Assembly (NCBI GenBank): GCA_016716465.1
Contig: JADJWH010000007.1
Coordinates: 143,427-207,426, forward strand
Reading direction: 5' to 3'
Source of the DNA: Gammaproteobacteria bacterium
GTDB taxonomy: Bacteria > Pseudomonadota > Gammaproteobacteria > SZUA-140
Length of the DNA: 64,000 nt
The translations under genes were made by a program, and so were the position numbers. A model generated the notes under the pieces. That model was given only the letters and a program-made list of their open reading frames with translations, did not search any database and was not told where the DNA came from. Below are positions 36,097 to 43,597 of the stretch, in pieces (position 1 is the stretch's first letter; every line of letters begins with the position of its first letter).

Positions 36097-38154
36097 ATGA
36101 AGCCCGCCGAACATCTCGACTCCGACCATCACCTTGCCCAGGCGATCCGCGAACCAGGAATCTTCGCCCGGCGGCGCGGATTACAGCGGGCGTGCGTCGG
36201 GAGTATCTCCGGACGTCGCCTGCGGTCATGGGGACGTTTGCTGACGCTGGGCTGGGCAATCGCCACGATCTCCGCATGTTCTCCTTCGCTGCAGGGTGGG
36301 GAGGGGTTCAAGCCCGAACCCCTGGCGGTTGCCGACTATGGCATCTTCGATCTCGGAATCGCCGATATCAACGATGACGACCGCCTGGATGTCTTCACCT
36401 CGAATCATTCCGGCCCGCAAAGCATCTTGCTGAATCAGGGGGGCGGCGTGTTCAGTGATGGATTCTCAAACCTGAGGTTCGATCAGGATGCGAAATTTCC
36501 CGGGCTGGCCGTCGTCGCGCACGAGCCGGCGATAGACCGCCCCGGGCTCTTCATCAACTGGCGCGGTCCCAAGATTGTCATCCGTGCGCACGACCTCGAT
36601 CGACTCGACGGCACGGTATCCGGGACGATTCGGCTGCTCGACCCGGAGAAAGTGATTATCGAGGAAAAAAAGAACTTCGATGTATCGACCGAGTCCGCTC
36701 CCGGCGCGAATGGCATCTCCGATATGGTGATCCGGTTTACCGGCCGGGGGGAGGGTTACTTCGCCTTCAAGCCGAACATCCATGCCCAGTCCATCCACTT
36801 CCGAATCGATCCGGAAGTTACGCCCCGGGATATCCATGTCGGACCCGGGTACGCGTCACCGGCCGCGAATGAATTCTCGATGGATATGCGCGACCGCCAT
36901 GGCATGGCCTGGGCCGATTACAACGGCGACGGTCAAACCGATGTCTTCGTCACGCGCGGTGGACAGAGCGGCATGATGTGGATAATGCCGGGGGATTACT
37001 GGGACGAATTGCTGATCCGCGGGCGGACGGGTTTCGAGGATCGGGGAAAGTCGCTGGGCCTGGTAAAGCATGGCTGTTCGGGCAGACAGGCGGCATGGGT
37101 CGATTTCGACAATGACAACCGCCTGGATCTCTACATTGTCTGTGGGAGGGGCTTTCAGCGTCAGCTCAATCAGCTTTACCGCCAGAAAGAGGATGGCGCC
37201 TTTGTCGATGTCGCTCGGGAAACGGGGCTCGACATCGCCGATGACGGCATCTTCGAGTGGGTGGATGCCGACGGCGATGGAGACATGGATCTCGTCTGGG
37301 CCAGTCGCGACAAGTTTCTATTGTACGTCAACGACGGGGGCCGGTTCTCGGCGCGTGAAATCGGGGCCAATCCGGCGCGGCGTATTCCCACCGAGTTGGC
37401 GCCCTCGGATTTCGACAGTGATGGGGATATCGATATCTTTGCGGCCGCCCGGGGTGGGAATGCGCTCCTGATTAACCAGGGTGGAACGTACGTGGTGACC
37501 GATCTGAAGCCGCTGGGTTTGCCGCGGAAAAGCATGGCCGCCAACTGGGTGGATGTCGACAATGACGGGCGTGATGAGCTGCATCTCATGCCGGGCGGAC
37601 TGTATCGCCGGGTGGATGGGGTGTTCCGCCATGTCGGGGGGCCGGATCTCCGGATCAGGGAGCGCTTGTCGCCGGTCAATCTGACCGATGCCCGCGTTTC
37701 ATGGTTCGATGCCGATGACGACGGGACCCGCGACGTCATCGTGGCCGTGAATTATGTGGTCAAAAAGCAGAAATGGGCGAATTGGTATGCCGGTGTATCC
37801 GGTATTGAGGACCGCCTTGGCGGACTCAAGGATTATTGGGACGTCGGTTATTTCCATGTTGACCCGCCGGCTGCAAATCACTGGCTGCAGGTACGGCTTG
37901 TCGGTCCGGCCGGTAACCGCCCGGCCATCGGCGCGAGCGTGACGGTTACGACGTCGCGGTCCACGCAGATGAGGCAGGTCGGTTCCGCGGAAGGGTCGCG
38001 GTATTCACAGGGGCATTACCGCCTCTATTTCGGGCTGGGCGACGCGGACCGGGCCGAAAAAGTGGAAGTGCGCTGGCCTGACGGTCGCAGACAGGAAATC
38101 CGTGATCCGCGAGTCGATCGCCTCCTGGTGGCCGACTGGGACGCCGCGCGCTAG
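36097..38154 (+). CDS. CRTAC1-like protein (FG-GAP/VCBS repeats + ASPIC/UnbV C-terminal domain), third paralog; possible lipoprotein
   Basis: FG-GAP repeats (AWVDFDNDNRLDLYIV, WVDADGDGDMDLVWA, DFDSDGDIDIF). C-terminal GNRPAIGASVTV...YFGLG...VEVRWPDG. Possible lipobox ATISAC. Start uncertain: in-frame GTG 36052 or ATG 36097. Confidence 0.75.
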   Translation: MKPAEHLDSDHHLAQAIREPGIFARRRGLQRACVGSISGRRLRSWGRLLTLGWAIATISACSPSLQGGEGFKPEPLAVADYGIFDLGIADINDDDRLDVFTSNHSGPQSILLNQGGGVFSDGFSNLRFDQDAKFPGLAVVAHEPAIDRPGLFINWRGPKIVIRAHDLDRLDGTVSGTIRLLDPEKVIIEEKKNFDVSTESAPGANGISDMVIRFTGRGEGYFAFKPNIHAQSIHFRIDPEVTPRDIHVGPGYASPAANEFSMDMRDRHGMAWADYNGDGQTDVFVTRGGQSGMMWIMPGDYWDELLIRGRTGFEDRGKSLGLVKHGCSGRQAAWVDFDNDNRLDLYIVCGRGFQRQLNQLYRQKEDGAFVDVARETGLDIADDGIFEWVDADGDGDMDLVWASRDKFLLYVNDGGRFSAREIGANPARRIPTELAPSDFDSDGDIDIFAAARGGNALLINQGGTYVVTDLKPLGLPRKSMAANWVDVDNDGRDELHLMPGGLYRRVDGVFRHVGGPDLRIRERLSPVNLTDARVSWFDADDDGTRDVIVAVNYVVKKQKWANWYAGVSGIEDRLGGLKDYWDVGYFHVDPPAANHWLQVRLVGPAGNRPAIGASVTVTTSRSTQMRQVGSAEGSRYSQGHYRLYFGLGDADRAEKVEVRWPDGRRQEIRDPRVDRLLVADWDAAR

Positions 38155-38179
38155 ATTCGCGTGGTTCGCGCGCGAACTC

Positions 38180-38860
38180 TCAGGATGTGGCGGTTCGGAT
38201 TCTGACCACCCTGGCGGGATTGCCGACCGCGATGGCCATGGCCGGGATGTCACGTGACACCACGCTTCCGGCGCCCACGATGGCCCCTTCACCGATGGTT
38301 ACGCCGTCGAGCACGATGGTGCCAACTCCCAGCCAGACATCATCACCGATGACAATACCGCCTTTCGTCTGTACCGGCTGTTGTCTCAGTGGCTGATCAG
38401 ATGACATCCCGTGGTTATATGGGTAGAACGAACAGTTCGGTGCGATTTCCACCCGGCGGCCGATCCGAATCGAACCCACGTACGCCGACAACTGGCAGCG
38501 CGGCTGGATATGGCTTTCATCCCCGATGATGATCTTTCCGTCTGTGCCGGTTTGCAGGAAACAGTCCCGGTGGATATGTACCCCGGCGCCGAGTTCGATC
38601 TGTCCTCCGCCGTGATCCTCATAGATGAGCGCCTGTTCACCAATGAAGACCCGTGCATTCAGTCTGAGGTTCGAGTGGTGCAGGGTCGCGCAGGGGGATA
38701 TGTAGCCATTTTTGCCCATGGCTGCCAGCGGTAGACGGCCGTAGAAAGGAGGCCAGCCGAGTCCCGCAAGCCCGCATGCCGCGCGTCCCAGCGGTCCCTG
38801 TCCGGAGAATTTCATCCAGAACCGCGTCCAGCGGTTTCTGATGCGGGTCTTTATCGACAT
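38180..38860 (-). CDS. Hexapeptide-repeat (left-handed beta-helix) O-acetyltransferase, WcaF/Mac-like
   Basis: Tandem hexapeptide repeats (IGD.VWLG.G..V..GV.IG.GA.VGAGSVV). N-terminal region aligns with WcaF. Start chosen at the internal Met (MSIKTRIRN). Confidence 0.75.
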   Translation of the reverse strand: MSIKTRIRNRWTRFWMKFSGQGPLGRAACGLAGLGWPPFYGRLPLAAMGKNGYISPCATLHHSNLRLNARVFIGEQALIYEDHGGGQIELGAGVHIHRDCFLQTGTDGKIIIGDESHIQPRCQLSAYVGSIRIGRRVEIAPNCSFYPYNHGMSSDQPLRQQPVQTKGGIVIGDDVWLGVGTIVLDGVTIGEGAIVGAGSVVSRDIPAMAIAVGNPARVVRIRTATS

Positions 38861-39014
38861 GGATGTGTGTCTTTTATCGGTTCGGATAAACGGAAACCGC
38901 ATTATATCGCAGTTCAAGCAGGGTGCCCGGTTTCGCGGCTTGACTGGGCTCCTCGGTTGGGCATACTGGCGGGAAAGGCCGGAAGAGCCGAATCAGACGT
39001 GCCAGGGAGGCGTG

Positions 39015-39845
39015 ATGGTATCCGCTATCGCGAAGGCGGGCAGGAGAATCCGATCCAGGTTCAGCGGAGGCCGCTTCGGGGCAGTGTCCCTCCGCGCGCA
39101 GCCCCCACCGTTCAAAATCCTCGTCGGAACGCATCACAAGACGGGATCGTCCTGGATGCGCGGGATCTTCTCGAAGTTGTGCGAGACTTTCCAGTGGACC
39201 TTCTATGCCGGTGAACAGGAATTCCTTCCGCGGCAATTCGAGGTGTTCTTCAATAACCACAGTCGATTCGCGCCGGCGGACATTCACGAACCCTGCAGGG
39301 GAGTGCATGTGATCCGTGATCCGCGCGACCGCATCGTTTCGGGTTGTTTTTACCATCAAAAGTCTTCGGAAGGATGGCTGCACGTCAAGCGGCCCGAGTT
39401 CGGAGGGCTGACGTACCAGGAAAAGATCAACAGCTATGCAACCCTCGACGAGCAGCTTCTGTTCGAGATGGAGCATGCCGGTCGCAGGGGTATTGAGGAG
39501 ATGCTGTCCTGGGAATACCATCAGCCGGGGTTCTATGAGGCCAGGTACGAGGATCTCATACAGGACTACGACCTCCGAAAATTCCACGACATCTTCGCCT
39601 TTCTGGGTATCCCGGGCGAGATTCTTCCGGAATCCCTCCGGATCGCCTACGACAACAGCCTGTTTTCGGGGAACCACCGACGATCCGTCCATATCAGGTC
39701 AGGGCAGCCGGGGCAATGGGTTTCATACTTCAAATCGCGCCACCGGGAGAGATTCCGGGAACTGTTCGGGGACGCGCTGACGATTCTCGGTTATGAGCCC
39801 GATCATGCATGGGTGTCCGATGAGCGGGCCGGGGGTATGTCCTGA
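39015..39845 (+). CDS. Sulfotransferase (Sulfotransfer_1-like)
   Basis: 5'-PSB-like GTHHKTGSSW. 3'-PB RDPRDRIVS. C-terminal GQPGQWVSYF (R-G-x-x-G-x-W-x-x-F-type motif). GGGAGG SD before ATG 39015. The 5' part of the ORF in the track (38841-39014) overlaps the acetyltransferase. Confidence 0.75.
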   Translation: MVSAIAKAGRRIRSRFSGGRFGAVSLRAQPPPFKILVGTHHKTGSSWMRGIFSKLCETFQWTFYAGEQEFLPRQFEVFFNNHSRFAPADIHEPCRGVHVIRDPRDRIVSGCFYHQKSSEGWLHVKRPEFGGLTYQEKINSYATLDEQLLFEMEHAGRRGIEEMLSWEYHQPGFYEARYEDLIQDYDLRKFHDIFAFLGIPGEILPESLRIAYDNSLFSGNHRRSVHIRSGQPGQWVSYFKSRHRERFRELFGDALTILGYEPDHAWVSDERAGGMS

Positions 39846-39956
39846 CGTTCAGTGAAATAGCTCCCCCTAGTGGCCAACCCGCAGGGGATGTAGGAATCGA
39901 TCGGCTTTCTTTATACACTACGTCTATGTGCCGATTGATCGAGATGCGTCAGGTTT

Positions 39957-41153
39957 ATGGAGCCAAGCGGTAGTAAAAAGAAGATACTGGTTATATCTCC
40001 CACACCGACCCACCCTCACAGCGCCGGCAACCGGGCGAGAATACATACCCTGATGACCAGCATGCTTTCTTTGGGGCATGAGGTCCACTTCCTGCACATC
40101 GAGAAAGAGGCGGGTGATCGTCAAGCAATGCTGGCCTGTTGGGGGGGAAGATTTCATTCCCTGTCTTTCCGTATGCCGGAGAATCGTTTCTCGAGACTGC
40201 GACGCAGGGTCCGCAAATGGCTGGGTTTGGAGACACAATATATTTACGGTGTCGATGAATGGTACGATCCGGCCGCGGATGCCTTCATTCGCGATCTGGC
40301 CGCGAGGATCGGTTTTGATGCCGTGATCGTGGAATACGTGTTCTTTTCCAGGGCGCTGCGTTGTTTCGGCGGCGACGTATTAAAGCTTGTGGATACACAC
40401 GATGTTTTTGCGGATCGCCACCGGCGCTATCTGGCCGAGGGAAAAAAACCGCAATGGTTTTCCACCTCCAGGCGTGAAGAGGCGCGTGGCCTGGCGCGCG
40501 CGGATGTCGTTATCGCGATCCAGGAGAACGAGGCGCGCTTCTTTCGCGAAACAACGCCCCAACGGGTGATCACCGTTGGTCATATCGTGCCCGTGGATGA
40601 GGCGTCCGAAGACGAGGCGCGAACCTCCGGGATGTTGTACGTGGGGTCGGGTAATGAAATCAATGTGCATGCCGCTAAATATTTCATTGACGGCATATTG
40701 CCCGCCATCCGGCAACACATCCCCTCGGCGATATTGACAGTGGCCGGTGGTGTCTGCGACAGGCTCGCCGACACCCCGGGCGTCCGCCTGCTGGGGCAGG
40801 TCGAGGATCTCGCGCCTTTGTACCGGTCCGCCGCGGTCGTGGTCAATCCGATCCTGTTCGGGACCGGATTGAAGATCAAAACGGTGGAGGCCCTCGGGTT
40901 CGGCCGCCCACTGGTGACCACGCCAGCGGGCGCGGAAGGGCTGGAGGAGATGGCGGGCAAGGCGTTTGTGATAGCCGACTCGGAGTCCGCCTTTTCCAGC
41001 GCCGTGATCGACCTGCTCTCGGATCACCACGCCAGACAGGCGCTAGGGCAAAATGCCCGCGAGTGCGCCACGGATTGGAATCGGCATTGTCTGTCTGAGC
41101 TGGCGGCGGTGCTGAGCGGCCGATTGCCCGGTGCGCGCGATCGAATGGTGTAA
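39957..41153 (+). CDS. Glycosyltransferase family 1 (GT4-type)
   Basis: C-terminal GT1 motif (VVNPILFGTGLKIKTVEALGFGRPLVTT). Confidence 0.8.
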   Translation: MEPSGSKKKILVISPTPTHPHSAGNRARIHTLMTSMLSLGHEVHFLHIEKEAGDRQAMLACWGGRFHSLSFRMPENRFSRLRRRVRKWLGLETQYIYGVDEWYDPAADAFIRDLAARIGFDAVIVEYVFFSRALRCFGGDVLKLVDTHDVFADRHRRYLAEGKKPQWFSTSRREEARGLARADVVIAIQENEARFFRETTPQRVITVGHIVPVDEASEDEARTSGMLYVGSGNEINVHAAKYFIDGILPAIRQHIPSAILTVAGGVCDRLADTPGVRLLGQVEDLAPLYRSAAVVVNPILFGTGLKIKTVEALGFGRPLVTTPAGAEGLEEMAGKAFVIADSESAFSSAVIDLLSDHHARQALGQNARECATDWNRHCLSELAAVLSGRLPGARDRMV

Positions 41154-41180
41154 GATCGGAACCTACGGCGAAGATAGCGC

Positions 41181-42293
41181 ATGCATCCCCAGTCCTGGCC
41201 CCCGGCAACGCGGATCGTCCCGGCCCATGTCAAGGCCATCCCCCCGGCCACGCTGATCACGCTGCGCATGAGCGGTCATGCCGGCGCCTCCGGATATGAT
41301 CGTCTGCAGGAATTCACGGGTGGGGGACTGATCAGGCTGAATGATCATTGGACGCTGGGCCGGCGCGCCGTGGCCCGCTCGCTGCGCTTCATGATCCGGG
41401 GCTCGGGATCGCTCTGGTACCAGCGAGCGAACCTGGTCAGCGAACTGCAGGCGGCCCGGCAGTGGCTGGCGCGAAAAGGACAGGTGTTTCATTATCTGTA
41501 CGGCGAGAATTCGTATCGTTACCTGGGAGGGATGAAATCAGTGCGTCCCGGCAACGCCATCGTATGCACATATCATACCCCTCCCGACAGATTCAGGCAG
41601 GTGGTTACCGATCATAAGCACATCGCCCGTCTGGATGCCGTGATCGTCATGTCGACCGTTCAGTTGGAGCTCTTTACGGATCTGCTGGGCGGTGAGCGGG
41701 CATTTTTTATCCCGCACGGCATCGATGTCGATTGCTATGCGCCGGGCGCGGCGCCGCGGACGCGAGGCGGGATATTCCGCTGTCTCTTCGTCGGATCCCA
41801 CCTGCGCGATATCGATACCCTGGTGGCCACGGCGAGGGCGCTGCGACCGCGCGGAGATATCCGATTCACGGTGGTTACCCGGCCGGCCAATCTGCCGAAG
41901 CTTGAAGGCCTCGACAATATCGATATCCGTTCAAATCTCGATGACCGCCAATTATTGTCCCTGTATCAGGAATCGGATCTCTTTGTGATGCCTCTGCTCG
42001 ACAGCACGGCCAACAACAGCCTGCTGGAAGCCATGGCCTGCGGCATGCCGATGGTCACCACTGATCTTCAGGGGGTCCGGGATTACACTGACCCGGAGTG
42101 TGCCGTGCTCACGAAAAAAGGCGATGCGCGCGCAGTATCGGAGGCAATCGAATGGCTGGAGCGGGATGATGCCGCCCGCGAGCGAATGGGCCGGGCGAGC
42201 CGCGATCGTGCCCTGGCATTCCGCTGGGAAACGATCGCCGAACATACCCGCGATGTGTACTGCTTCGCGGGATTGAATCTTGCATCGGGATAA
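41181..42293 (+). CDS. Glycosyltransferase family 1 (GT4-type)
   Basis: E-x7-E region (LFVMPLLDSTANNSLLEAMACGMPMVTTD). Confidence 0.8.
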   Translation: MHPQSWPPATRIVPAHVKAIPPATLITLRMSGHAGASGYDRLQEFTGGGLIRLNDHWTLGRRAVARSLRFMIRGSGSLWYQRANLVSELQAARQWLARKGQVFHYLYGENSYRYLGGMKSVRPGNAIVCTYHTPPDRFRQVVTDHKHIARLDAVIVMSTVQLELFTDLLGGERAFFIPHGIDVDCYAPGAAPRTRGGIFRCLFVGSHLRDIDTLVATARALRPRGDIRFTVVTRPANLPKLEGLDNIDIRSNLDDRQLLSLYQESDLFVMPLLDSTANNSLLEAMACGMPMVTTDLQGVRDYTDPECAVLTKKGDARAVSEAIEWLERDDAARERMGRASRDRALAFRWETIAEHTRDVYCFAGLNLASG

Positions 42294-42299
42294 GGGGCC

Positions 42300-43493
42300 A
42301 TGAACATCATTCTCTATGTGAACAGTTTTCTTCCCACGTTGGGTGGGCGCGAGTTCGTCGTCCACTATCTGGCAGACGCTCTGTGCAAGCTGGGCCATCA
42401 GGCGCGGGTCGTGGGGCCGGCTGGCTTCTGGCGGCATCGCCACGAGCGATTCAGTTATCCCGTGCACCGTTGGCCAACCTTGCGGGGGTTGATGAGTGAT
42501 CAGGTCTCGCTGGCCAAAATCGCGCTGGATACCGCATTGTGGGGCGCTGATGTTATTCATGCCCACAACACCTGGCCGACCGGCTATCATGCGATCCGGT
42601 TGCGCAAGCTGCGGCGCTATCCGCTGGTGATCACACCACACGGCGCGGATATCCAGTCCATCCCTGAGATCGGCCACGGTCTGCGCCTTGATCCGGTAGT
42701 AAATCAGAAAATCATGTATGCGGTGAAGAACGCCGACATCGTCACCGCGATCAGTGACAACATCAAGTCAGCCCTGCTCGATGCCGGGGCGGTGCCGGAG
42801 CGCATCCGCATGATCCCCAACGGGGTCGATCTCATGCGTTATCAGCGACCATCCACGACGGACATACGGAGCTGGCTTGGCGTAGAGCCAGATTCCCGCC
42901 TGATCGTTACCATCGGCCGCTACAATCCCCGCAAGGGCCAGGATTATCTCATCCGCGCCATGCCAAAGATTCTGGCGCGCGAGCCGCGGGCGCGGCTGGT
43001 TATTGTGGGCAACAAGACTGAAGCGCTGGCTCCGCTGATCATAGAGCTTGGCTTGGAGAAAAAGGTCGTGCTGACTGGTGGCATCAGTCCATCACGCGCC
43101 ATCCTGGAGGCGGGCAGCGGGCCAACAGTTGAACCAGACTATCTGGCCGAATTGCTGCGTGCTGGCGAGCTGTATGTGTCCGCCGGTATTCAGAACAACG
43201 CTGAGGGGTTGTCACTCGCCGTATTGGAGGCGATGGCGTCCGGCCTTCCCATCGTGGCGACGGCCATCTCCGGCAATACCGATGTCGTTGCTCATGGGGT
43301 CAACGGTTTCCTGGTCGAACCCGCCAATGAGTCCATCCTGGCGGATGCGATCGTGGATGTGTTGCGGCAGCCCGGAGTTCAGAGCGAGATGCGGGAAAAA
43401 GCGCGCGAGACCGCGGCGAAATACGCCTGGGTCAATATCGCCCGCCAGTACCTGGATGTTTACCAGGAGGCGGTCGCGCTGGCGCGCAAATAA
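42300..43493 (+). CDS. Glycosyltransferase family 1 (GT4-type)
   Basis: EGLSLAVLEAMASGLPIVATAISGNTDVV E-x7-E motif. Confidence 0.8.
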   Translation: MNIILYVNSFLPTLGGREFVVHYLADALCKLGHQARVVGPAGFWRHRHERFSYPVHRWPTLRGLMSDQVSLAKIALDTALWGADVIHAHNTWPTGYHAIRLRKLRRYPLVITPHGADIQSIPEIGHGLRLDPVVNQKIMYAVKNADIVTAISDNIKSALLDAGAVPERIRMIPNGVDLMRYQRPSTTDIRSWLGVEPDSRLIVTIGRYNPRKGQDYLIRAMPKILAREPRARLVIVGNKTEALAPLIIELGLEKKVVLTGGISPSRAILEAGSGPTVEPDYLAELLRAGELYVSAGIQNNAEGLSLAVLEAMASGLPIVATAISGNTDVVAHGVNGFLVEPANESILADAIVDVLRQPGVQSEMREKARETAAKYAWVNIARQYLDVYQEAVALARK

Positions 43494-43523
43494 AAAAACG
43501 GGGACAGATTCAAATCCGTCCCC
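43491..43523 (-). terminator. Rho-independent terminator (minus-strand orientation): imperfect 10-bp stem GGGGACAGAT/ATCCGTCCCC followed on the minus strand by a T7 run
   Basis: Read directly. Overlaps the TAA stop of the plus-strand GT gene, so it may act bidirectionally. Confidence 0.4.
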
Positions 43524-43548
43524 ATGCCCATGTGCAATAAAAAAGGGG

Positions 43549-43580
43549 ACAGATTTTTCAATCTGTCCCCGTGTATGCCA
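43549..43580 (-). terminator. Rho-independent terminator for the minus-strand CBM gene: perfect 11-bp stem GGGGACAGATT/AATCTGTCCCC, loop TTTC, followed on the minus strand by TTTTTTATT
   Basis: Read directly. Lies 18 nt downstream of the stop at 43598. Confidence 0.6.
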
Positions 43581-43597
43581 GAAAGAGCTGGCGCGGC

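Noticed and set aside
38841-39014. ORF-track start of the sulfotransferase at 38841, overlapping the acetyltransferase on the opposite strand
   Set aside because: The internal ATG 39015 has a GGGAGG Shine-Dalgarno and lies just upstream of the 5'-PSB motif. The upstream part is antisense to the acetyltransferase.
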